DNA of 64,000 bases from the human T2T-CHM13v2.0 reference genome, Homo sapiens. A program made the translations under genes and the position numbers. Location: the NCBI RefSeq assembly GCF_009914755.1, contig NC_060942.1. One strand, 5' to 3'. The notes under the pieces are model-generated. The model saw nothing but the letters and a program-made list of their open reading frames with translations, searched no databases and was not told where the DNA came from. Positions 52,876 to 64,000 of the stretch are shown one piece after another; position 1 is the first letter of the stretch; each line of letters begins with the position of its first letter.

Positions 52876-55800
52876 CCCCTGCCTCATCACTGCATGTCTC
52901 CCCAGTGTCTCAGTTTCTCAGCTCTTCCCCCTTGTTCTCTGCACACATCCCCCTCCTCCAGCTGTGTCTAGGCTGGGCCTTGGTCGCCTTTGCTCAGCAA
53001 TGTCCCTAGGCAGCCTCTGCAGAGTCTGCCCTCCCTGGCTGGCTGGGCACGCTCCACCTGCCCCATGCATTGCCTGGACCGCCACTGCTGGCCTGGAGCG
53101 GTCTCCCTCAGCATCCCCCAGTGGCTGGTGGTGCCCATTGGGGTGGGTCCTCTTCCCACATCCCTTACATCGCCCAGCTCCCAAGTGGGACTGGGACAGA
53201 CTTATCCATACTCAGGATGTCCCCAGCTATTACAGTCACAGGCTGAGCAGGAGCTCTGCAGGAAGGGGGTTAAAGAGAGGCTGGTTTACTCTGCCTCTCA
53301 TTATCAACTCTGGTAAACACAGAAAGCTTGGCTTGGCATAGGAGGAATTTAAACTATTAGCTCAAATGGAGGTTTGGGGATTATCTCTGGATTTCCTTTA
53401 TTTGTTCTCTTTCCTCCTTTACCACAGCTAATCCAAATTTGATGGGAAATAAGGCATAAGCTATTCCAGAAACCTCACAGAATCCTTTGTGATGTCGGCT
53501 CCCAGCCTGCTCAGGGATAATTTTTGTCACCTCTCGCCTTCATGTCCCAAGCCTGTGTCCCTCCAGCTTAGTGCATTGTGTGATTGTCTTTCCTGAAGCC
53601 TCTGCCAAATGGTTTTTGAACCAAAGCTGCTCTTGCAGGTCCAGGGCTTCGGTGAGCTCATTCCAGGCCTCAGAGGACCATCACATAAAAGTGGCCTGGC
53701 TTCCAGGTCTGACACCCCTTTCGATCCGAATGAGCACTGGGGAGACTGCTGGCTCATGCCACAAACCTCCACTCCTAACCCACAGAGGAGTCTGTTAGCA
53801 CCCACGCCCCACATGATCCCCAGAGAGGGAAAAAGATTCTGTGCCCATAGCTCTTGAGACCCCAGAGGCTGGGATGGGAGCTGAACCCTGTGGGAAGGGA
53901 GGGTGCAGACTGCCCCCTCCAACAGCCCTGGGAGCCCCTAAAGTTTGCATCCTGCCGTAAAGTCCTTACAACTCCAGTCAAAAACACAACTGCCTCAGAA
54001 AATGTTTGCATTAATACTGAAGAGAAAACCCACTTTCAGTTTTTTCTCAAACTTTTAAAATCTCAAAGCTTCCAACTTTTCTGAGCATGATTCTAACAAG
54101 CTTTACTCAGTTTACATCAAAGTGGGTGGTAAAGTCCAGAGAGCGCTGTGTGAGTTGCTATTATTTATCATGTTCACTTTTGTTTTTAAATTACTGAAAG
54201 TCACTGACTTTGAGTCTAAAAAACTCTAAATATTCATTTAGAAATATTGCTCAGTTTAAATTTCTTAATATCTAAAGTCACCTAATATACTATTTAAAAA
54301 TATGATTAATGCCAAAGTTAGTCTTTATGATTAAAATATTTAACATTTCTTAACATTTTTCTAGAGATCAAATCATTTCAATTGTTCCATATGTGCTGAA
54401 AAATGTGAAATAAAGCCCAGGTTTAATATATGTCCATGAGGCCAAACTTCTGCACTGTGTTTTTCAAAATTTTAAATTGTCAATACATTTTATCTGCTTT
54501 ATCTAACAATAAAAATAAATAAGTAAATAGGAAGTCAAAAGGCAAGTTTTAATTTAAAAAAAGGCATTCTATTAGAAAATTCAAAAGTTTGACTTATGCC
54601 ATTCAAGGATAAAAATGATTAGAGGTACGTGAAAGGGGACCGAAAAAAAAAAGAATAAAAATGATATCCCTGTACAAATCACATGATGTATTTGAGGGCT
54701 GATCTAATAGAATTAGTCAGGAGAAGACAGAGATAAAAAGAAACTGTGTCTCTTCTAACAAATGAAAGTAGACTAATGGATAAAATAAGGCAGATGATCA
54801 GTTGAACCTTGGAGTTCTCTGGTTCAGTCTTTGGGGAGTGAAGTCATCTGTGCCTGAGGCGTGTGCCCATCCCATGTTGGGAAAGCTCTAGAGGCCAGAG
54901 ACCAAGCTCTGAACAACCTTTCTGGCTTTTAGACTCTGGGCTCTCGAATTCCAAGAGTGACAGTGACACGACTGATTTTTGAAACCAACGTTTCCAGAGC
55001 TACAGTAAAAGCAGTTTAAGAAATGTCGCGAGATTTTAATCTGGTTACACATTTGTCGTCAGTTATGACTTAAGGACCCATTTGTGGATTTCAGATCCTG
55101 GCAGCCTGTGGGCGTGTGTCTGCAAATGCACGTGAGCTGAGCATAGAGGCACACTCCCAGGGCAGGTCACAGGCAAATAATTGTTCTTTAAACTAGCTTC
55201 GAATAGATAGCTTTTCTTTCTTTTTGGAACAATGTAAGGTGAAGTTATTTGAGAAGTGGTTTAGGCTTCCGTAAAGATTATAGTAACCAATGAAGAATTC
55301 ACAATAGGAATATCTATCAGAACACACTACTTAACTCCAGCTGCTAAGACCCACCTATCTGCAGTGCTTGAAATGTTAATGAACAGCCCTTAATTGACCG
55401 CTGTGCCTGGAGTTCCACACCTAGCTCATTCCATTTATTCTGCAGAGGCCATTTTGAGCTGTGCTTTAAAGACAGAAAAAGTATAGATTTTAATTTTTTA
55501 CCTATTTAAATGCCTCATCATGGCATGTAAACATTTAGGGGACTTGTACATTGCACATGTCACACTCATCACTGATAGCAATTGAGCAGGAGCTGCCTCC
55601 CCTGCCCCAGCAGGGTCCCGAGCCCTTGACACAAGGCCCCAAGGAAGGACTCAGCACACCAGCTGTAATTTGTAGAAACAAATGAAATCACTCCTTATTA
55701 TTTCCTACCTCCCCACCCCAAATACCAGGCCGTGTCAGGCATCGCCACTTAATCCAGCAGGAGAGACTGTGGGATTGCTGGCTGCAGGGCCCTAGCAGTG

Positions 55801-56249
55801 GCCCAAACAGTTAAAGAGGAGATGGAGTTCACTGCTCTTCTTCTGAACAGAAAGTCAGGGCTTCAAGATTTCAACAAACATTAGCATTACTCATTTAGAG
55901 CTGAGCCTAATTCCTAAACGTGATCGGCACTAGCTTGACATGCGTCACACCAATTTTAACCACACTTCAATTTGGAGGGAAGTAAAAAACAAATAACATC
56001 TTAATAATATTGAACTGAAACATAACTTGGCTAGAAAACGAAGATGTTACTAGAGATTTTATACATATATACATATTTCTATGAAACAGAGATATGTAGA
56101 ATTTCAATGTTAAACTTCTTTAAAAGATGAGCCTTACGAATGGCCACCGCCCATCCAGCCTCACAGAATCTTTGTGAATAACACTTGGAGGCAATTAATT
56201 CTCAACTGGAAGTACTGTCATCAAGTTTTAATTACCTTCTGGATAGCAA

Positions 56250-56990
56250 ATCTCAGCAGACACTTTTCGGTCCTTTTTAACACCTTCTGCAATATTTGAC
56301 ACTCCTAGACACCTCCAATTTGACATTCCAGCCTCCCTTGACTTTGGTGGAACGTTGCTTTTCTGGGCTCACAGATCCCAGCCCACTTTGCGGTCTTCTG
56401 TTCCTGGGTCCATGTCATAAAATGTTGGGATTCATTATGACTTCATCTGTGGCCTTATTTTCTCACAGCATCCAATCTTTCTGTGTGATTTGGTTCAACC
56501 CCCTGGCTTCTGCTGCCACCTGAGAGCTAATAACTCTCTTCTGGGCATGACAGACCCTCCCCTAACGCTCACTGGGTCCCCTTCTTGGGTGTCTCCAAAA
56601 CACTTCGAGTCAAGCATGTCAAAACGGAACACGTCCTCCTGCTCCATAAACTGGCTTTCCATGCATTTTCCCTCTTATGGATAACCTCACCGCCTTCCCC
56701 CATTTACCTAATGCAGAAGCCTCAGAGGTTTCTCTCTTCTTTCCCCTCAACATCTAACCAAGCTGCAGGTCCCATCAATTGCTTTTCCCTAAGTAGCCAT
56801 CAAATCTACTCTTCCATCTCCAGCCGACTTCTCTTGGTTTAAACTGTCATCTCTCCTGTGCTGGGTTATTTAAGTAGCTTCCTAACAGATCTTTCTGATG
56901 TTTTCATTCCCGTAAACCCATCATTTACACACTGCCTCAGTAATCCTTCCAAGTGCAAACAAGTCCATATTAATCCAACCCATCACGGCC
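56250..56990 (+). mobile_element. Degenerate L2 fragment; boundaries approximate
   Basis: TTGGGTGTCTCCAAAACACTTCGAGTCAAGCATGTCAAAACGGAAC...GTAGCTTCCTAACAGATCT, L2-like. Confidence 0.55.
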
Positions 56991-57414
56991 TTCAATAACC
57001 GCTCCATGACATTTAAGACATTTTCTGAGGGAAAGTTCTGTCATTATCTGGCCTCGTCCCAGCCGTCCAATCTTGATACCTTGATAAGCATGTTGAAAAT
57101 GCCCCATCAGGTCCGCTCAGCAGGGCAAAGCCGTTTTGTGGAAGCCGGAATGTTTATTTTTGATATGGCAGTGCTGGGTTGCAGAGGGTGTGTAGCACAG
57201 GTAGACTACGCAGGTTGACTGTGGGGCTTCCAGAGCCTGGAGAGGAAAGAAGACTCTAAAGAAAAGATAAATGTCCTTTTCATTACTGCTTCATTTCTTG
57301 AGATAAAATCATTAAAATCATACATGTGTAATGACTAACCGAATACTCTTGGTAGACAAGGAGCAAACATGCATGTCCTCTTAAACATCACGTGTTCATT
57401 GCATATCAGACTTC

Positions 57415-57716
<302 letters not shown>

Positions 57717-58084
57717 TAGATTTTATAACTCCTTCAACTTTGTGTTTTCAGTCAGAAAGAGTCAGCTATGCTGTAGAATCTGGTCACAAAGAGGTAGTGG
57801 TTGCAGTTTTAAAAACATTGTGTGCACCAGCATTGAAATCATCTGCAGAAGGGATGCAATGCATGCTACAGGAGAGCCTGCAACATGGGGTACCTAGCAG
57901 CGACCCTACTCCTCTGTCTTGCTGCCTCCTCCAGGGACCTGGAAGGCTGGCCCAGGGGTTCTGGGACTTTATCCCAATCTGATTTGGTTTGCTTACAGCC
58001 TCCTTGACTGGTGAGTGCTGCTGCAATTGGAGCTACTGACCCTTTGTGGATTTAATATAATTTTTGCTTACCTACATGTAGGGG

Positions 58085-58250
58085 CCTTTAGAGTTTTTAA
58101 AATGCTCTCACAGATATGACTATAACCGCTCATTTTATGGAGAGGGAAACTGACTCTCAGCAATGGAAACATCTCATCCACATTTACAAGGCTGAGAAGT
58201 GGAGGCTTGTGGCAACAGAGACTCAGGTTTCTGAATCCTGCTTTATAACA
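58085..58250 (-). mobile_element. MIR fragment
   Basis: CTCATTTTATGGAGAGGGAAACTGACTCTCAG, MIR core. Confidence 0.6.
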
Positions 58251-59402
58251 CATGTGGATGTTCAATGCACCTGTGTTACGTACGAGAAGGAAGAGCCCAC
58301 AGAATGGGCTGTTCCATGTGTGTTTTATGCTTTGTGAACGGGAAGCAAAGAGCACCAGGGAGGCTGGTTGCACCAGAGTGCCTTGACTCTGGCGCTGGCG
58401 CTGGCGCCTTGACGGCAGGCGGTGAGATGCCTGGAGGAGACATAGACTCTTTCAAAGTGGAGAAAGAGCCCTTTGGATAACCTAGGTCAGGGAAGCTGGT
58501 GGTTTTGTTCTGAAGAGAAGGCTGCAGATGCATTGTCTATGGTCAGAAGTGTCTGTTGGCCTGTCTCTGGGTGAAACTCCAGCTTCGGGACATGACAGCA
58601 CGTGGAACAATGGCGAGGGATCAGCTTCCCTCTTGGAAATCAGATGACCACGGAATGCCATAGGTCCGCCAAGCATCAGAACTTCATCAGCGTGGCACAG
58701 AGGCTCGCGAGCTGAATTGCCTTTGCAAAGTGTGCTCTGCACGCATGATTTTAAACAGCCTGGCCTGCTCCTTTTATCCTGTCATGAATATTTATGTTCC
58801 TGTTTTGTTCGGATGGGACAGCCTCAGGCAAAGCATGATTCAGATGGCGCTGGTGGCAGGCAAGGGCTTCACGGGACAGCTAATTGTCTTCTCAGGATTG
58901 CTGAGAGCAGGAAGGGGTGGTGCTGACCGTGCTGGTGCTGGAGCTGGGAGAGCAGGCGTCTGGATTTCGGCTCCCCTTATGGAGTCAGTTTGAACAAGCT
59001 GCTTAACTCCTTCAAGCCACCATTTCCTCATCCGCAATGTGGAGGCAATAATAGCACTGTATACCTACCTCACATAGGCAATCTTTCATGGCGTGCCGTG
59101 AGTTCACTGAAGTCTGTCTCAGCACGCACTCACACATGCACGCTCATACCCGTGCTGAGTGAATCCAGTTAATTCCCAGAGAACTGCAAATAAAGTGTCA
59201 GCACTTTAGGATGCTGCATCAAATACCATTCTACAAAAGAGGAGAGGTGGGTATTTACTTGATGTTTTATACAGAAGGGTATTAGGCAGCAGTAATGAAG
59301 GCAACGGAATCTAAGAGACGTCCAAACTCTACAAAGATTTTTTTGGCCTCCTAGTCAGTTGCAAAATTTTATAGGTTTGAATCTAAGCCCTGATGTCTAC
59401 CT

Positions 59403-59706
59403 CAGGGGTTGGCAAGCTTTGGCCTGCTGCCTTTTTGTGTATAGCATGTGAGCTAAGAATGGCTTGTACTTTTTTAAATGATGGGAAAAAAATCAAAAGA
59501 ATATTACTTTGTCATATGTGAGAAGTATGTGAAATTCAACATTAATGTTCATAAATGATTTCTACCAGGGGAAGCTCATTCATTGGGGTGTGGTCTACAG
59601 TTCCTTTCATGCCACAATGGCAGAGCTGTGTTGCTGTGGCAGAGACTACCATAGGCTTAAGATGCCTGCTCTCTGCTCCTTAACAGAAGAGGTTTGCCAA
59701 CCCCTG
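59403..59706. mobile_element. MER58B-like hAT-Charlie MITE
   Basis: 13-bp perfect TIR CAGGGGTTGGCAA...TTGCCAACCCCTG; internal GAGCTAAGAATGG, typical of MER58B. Confidence 0.9.
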
Positions 59707-60121
59707 ATTTACACAGTTAAGTTACTTCATCTCTGTAGGTCTCAGTCTTCTCATCTGTAGAACGGAGAAAGAGACTCCTAACTCCCAGGCCTACTGACTG
59801 AGATCATAAAGGCAACCCATGTGACAATCACTGGTATACCCTGACCATGACATGAGTCTTGATCCCTTCCTTCTGGCCCTCTCAGGCACCTCAACAGCAG
59901 ACACAAAGAACAGAGATATATGTCTGTATTTGGGGGAGGACACACCAGTCTCCCCTGGTGTCAAGAACAGGCCAACTACAGCGTTGCTCTCATGCTCACA
60001 TATTCTGCTATTTTCCCACAGCCCAAATGTGGAGGCAGCATCATGTATTTGTAATTGTGAGGGAGGCACACTTTGTCATGATGGCATTCAGGCTTATCCA
60101 TCTTAGGCCCTTTTTTCCTCC

Positions 60122-60560
60122 AGTATATCATCTATTTATTACCACAGTAATGTTGTACAAAGACAACCCCCAAAGCTCAGTGGTACACAAAAATATACAC
60201 TTACTTAGCTCATGAGCCTAAGGGATTCAACTCATCTGGTGGATTCACTCCCTTTGCAGGGCTTGGCTAGCTTTTGGCTGCCCTAGGACAGCCTCTGCCC
60301 CTCGGCTTGGGGCGGGTGTCTTTTGGTCTCTGGCAGGCTGGTGCAGGAGTGTGCTTGTGACAGTTGCAAAGGTGTGAGAGCCATCGGGCCTGGTCCCCTA
60401 AGTGCCTGTCAAGGCTGTGCTTGCATATCACCTGTCCCACTGGCCCAGGCAAGTCACAATGCCAAGCTCAGCATCAAGGAGCTGGAAAACACCCTTCATC
60501 TCTTAATGGGACACTGCATAGACACATGGGAAGGGCCATGGCTGGGGGCGAGACCAGGGC
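60122..60560 (-). mobile_element. Old MLT1 (I/J/K-like) LTR
   Basis: ACAACCCCCAAAGCTCAGTGGTA...CCCACTGGCCCAGGCAAGTCACAATGCCAAGCTCAGCATCAAGG. Confidence 0.7.
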
Positions 60561-63500
60561 CACAAACAGTCTTGGGGCCCCTTCACCCCAGAGCCTTTCT
60601 TCTCTCACTCGATACCTGTTTTCAAAACAGTTTCTAAAGCCCATTCATAAGTAAGAATAGGCTTGAAAGGAGTGACAGAGGTTTGAAGTATTATTCCTCT
60701 AAGTAATATTTAAATTTTAACCAGGAACAAATCTTGACTAAAGGCACATCCCTCTCTTGGTGGGATTTCAGGCAGCGGAGAAGCAGTAGCTGGGGGTGGA
60801 GAACTGTCGGATTGGAGAACCTGCCTTTCCATTTCCTTTGGGGGCATACGACTTAGGTGGTCCCCGACTTGGCCAGCTGGCAGCAGGAGTGGAAATGGAA
60901 GCTATTTACTCAGGGAACTCTGACCGCACGACTATTAAAATCCCTTGGAAACCCTGACAGCTCTCCACTCCACTATCATTAAAATGGCTCGCGCTCCCCT
61001 GCCAGCTGCTGGGCCTGGGAGTGACCCTCTCCCCCACCTATTCCCACAGTCGCATTGTGCCAAAAAATACATTTGTCCTCCAATTGTCGTAGAATTCACT
61101 GAACTTGGAAAAATCTCCAGACATTCAATTCACCAATTCTTTTAAAAACAGTCTCTTTCTGTGGCTTTGGGAATCAAGGTTCCAGCTGAAATGTGTTTAT
61201 TTATCAGTAACGTCTCACTTTCTGTACATGTTCTACATCCATGTGGGGAATATTGCCACTTTTTTGTATATTCATGCCCAGTAGTGGGACTAGAAATCAT
61301 TGGTTCTAGGAATTCTACACATGTGACTGGGAATTCATGTGCATATTGTTTTATATATACATACTTTGCTGGTGTGACTGAGAAGTCCGCGGGAACTACC
61401 CTTGTGTGTTCTCTAACCCGCCCTAAGCATTCAATCATTCACTTTTTTGTTCATTAAAATTTAATGTACTTTTATTGTGCATGTAGTGGTTGGCATGCTC
61501 TATACTGTTGATCCAGAGATGAATAATATGTGGGCTTGCTCTCCAGAAACTGAGCACAGCCAAGAAAAGAGAGGCTTTTAGACAATTCTGTCCTGTGTGG
61601 CCAATACTTCTTTACCTTTCTGGTGTTCAGAGACATTTCTTCAAGTGAAACTGTAGCCTTGCCTGAGTAGACACTTTGTGGAATCTGAACAGGCGATCTG
61701 CCCTCTGCCCTTTCTTCCTGGGGAAGGGTATGGTTTTGGACTCTCAAAGTTCTGTCATCATACTCTCTGTCTCCTTATCCATCCAGCTTCAGCCAGTTCT
61801 CTTCACCACTTCCAAAGCGAGGATGAAAATTCCACCTGCTCGTCAAAACTCAGCCAGAGCTCAGCCTCCCTCCAATGAGAAAATGTCCCCTGTGCTACAA
61901 GCTGAAGCCACAAAGACCAGTGTCAACGGAGGAGACCCTAGTGCCCACAAATAAAGCCCAGCACTGTACATCCACGTAAAGTCCTGTGAAGTCAGAAGTA
62001 AGGGAGAAATTAAGGATTTAGTAGGGTCCCACAAAGTCTTTGGAACCAGATCTGATTGTTTCCTTTAGTTAAATTCACTCAAACATGCAAGCATTTGTAT
62101 AAACATCAATGTTTTTTTCAGTGATTCTGTGGGATTCCTAAAATGTGCATCTCTTTAGTCTAAGATGAAACACTGGTTATAGGATGAAAAAAATTAAACA
62201 TGCATTCTTCAGCTCTCAGACCTCAACCACAAACTGAAGTCCCAGAAAGAGTCATTAAATCACAATGTGTACTTAAAATAACAAATTTGAAATAAAAAAT
62301 GTTCCAAGACATTAAACTTCAAAATGATCTCTGACTGTAATCCCTTCTGGACTTGGATCTGGACATCATTTGGGTCCCCTGAAAACATCAAAGGATAGAT
62401 TGGCAGGGCATCCCAGGAGGGGACACAGCAGTCCCTGCTGAGTGGGAACATAGACAGCCGGGGTGCTGGGCTCCATATGGGACGTGCATTCCTAACAAAC
62501 AGTTCGCGTGTGGACATCAGAGTCCAGAATCAGCTATAAAAGTATATAGATAACTTTTTCTTTCTTTTTTTTTTTTTTTTTTAAGATTTTGAGAAAGTGG
62601 AGGAATGAGCATAAGTGGGTTTACCTGGGGCTGTAAAGAGGACTTCTTTTCAGGAACCCAGGAGGACCAAATCAGGTCTGTTTCCCCAAAGCGCAGAGAG
62701 GTCCTTGAGGCCGTGGTTCTCAATTCTAGAAAAGGGATATGTGCATATCAAAGTCATCTGGAAGCCTTTTCCAAACTTCTACTCTGCCCCTCTGGGGAGA
62801 TGGAGATTTTCAGGCTTGTTCCCACTCCTGCCTGAGAAACCCTGCCTTAGCAGAATGCCAGCTGGGGTTATAGACTTCACCTCTGCAGAAAAGGAGGAGC
62901 AGTGACTAAAGTACATAAAACTTCAGAAGACACAGCTCTCCCCAACCTACTGACTCATCATATCCAGCAGATCAGATGCATTTTCATAACTTCCTAGTAA
63001 TTACATTTATATTCAAAAATAATTACTTTCTGAATTTAATTGTTGGCTGAGTATTTACAGTCTGTCAGAGGAAATCCAAAAGGATATTGCAAGATGAGGA
63101 GGTGTCCTCGCCTCTATGCCAGGCCAAGTCCCAGGTCAAGGCCGGGCTGCCAGAGTGGGGTTGGGGAAGTGATAGAAGCAGAAACTGCATCTTAAAAGGA
63201 CTGCTTACAGAACGAGGTGCTCGCCAGAAGCAAAAAACAAAGGATGGATGACAGAGCTTCCTGCAAATGTTTGAAGCACTATTGTGGGCAAGAGGGAAAT
63301 GCTTTGTTTTGTTTGGTGCCAGAGGATAGAATTAGAACAGACAGGAAGAGTTTCTAAAGACCCAGACTTTGCATCAACGTGAAAAGAACATTGTAACAGT
63401 TGTTCAGAAAAGCAATGGTCATCTTCTAAGAAGGAAGGATGCCACCTTTGAACTTGTTCAGGAAGTTCACCTGTCAGGGATCCCAGGGAAGACACTTCTG

Positions 63501-63822
63501 ATTGGGATCAGTTCAACCAGATGACCTCCAAGATTCTGTGTAAGAGGTGAATTTGACGTTTAGAAATGAGCCGTAAAGAACCAGGGCGGCCAGCTTTCCA
63601 TGCTGAATGCTGGGGGAGGGGAGGAAGAGGGTTGATTTGTATGTGTGTCTGCAGGATGAGTCTTTTTCTGAGTTGCCAAGTGAGAATGCTGGAAACATAT
63701 TCCTATTCTGTTCCGTATTTGTACAAACAAATGTGTTTCCACTGAAACTTATGTAAATATGTGCTTACTAATGAATGCAGTCACCCCAAGCACTGACTAA
63801 CCAAACTGACTTCCTTTTTCAG

Positions 63823-63943
63823 CTCAAATATCTAAGCCCAGTTGTTTTAAACGTTAATCAACTAAAAGAAAAAAACTGAAGTCCACATTTGTCTCAATTC
63901 TTAACTATAGAAACTAATGATAACAAAGTCATGTACCTTCCAG
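63823..63943 (+). other. Candidate internal exon (121 nt, non-coding or 5' UTR)
   Basis: Branch GACTAAC (63795-63801), acceptor CTTCCTTTTTCAG, donor CAG|GTAAGC; stop codons in all three frames. Confidence 0.4.
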
Positions 63944-64000
63944 GTAAGCAGGGCGAGAGATGTGGTGGGAAAGGTAACAGTGCATCATGAGAGCACTGTA

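Noticed and set aside
52324-53341. 188-aa Leu/Ser/Pro and 199-aa Arg/Gly/Glu ORFs
   Set aside because: Translations of the polypurine tract, which lacks stop codons.

Overview
This is primate (human-like) non-coding genomic DNA, either intergenic or intronic; I cannot identify the locus from sequence alone. I found no credible protein-coding gene, tRNA/rRNA or CRISPR array. The supplied ORFs are chance frames in Alu, L2, LTR, GC-rich or purine-rich sequence. The window is dominated by interspersed repeats: 15 Alu/FLAM copies (many with visible target-site duplications), MaLR LTRs (THE1, MST, MLT1), a MER4-type LTR, an ERVL-like LTR, L1/L2/MIR fragments and DNA-transposon relics (MER2B, MER58B, MER104, MER5). 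Subfamily names come from recalled consensus sequences, not a search. The most notable unexplained structures are: (1) a 73-nt near-perfect fold-back at 47290-47362 inside a larger palindrome broken by a locally templated patchwork insert; (2) a ~190-bp non-TE segment copied 2.9 kb away (16221-16419 and 19158-19348) that carries GATA, HOX/CDX and MEIS motifs; (3) a 34-bp minisatellite with two dimeric higher-order phases and 13 CAGGAA ETS cores, expanded inside a triply nested L1>LTR>MST structure; (4) a fossil hAT-Tip100-type transposase whose C-terminal dimerisation domain is still readable; (5) several + strand exon candidates with good splice signals, suggesting a possible spliced non-coding transcript. 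I do not see evidence sufficient to claim a new biological system.
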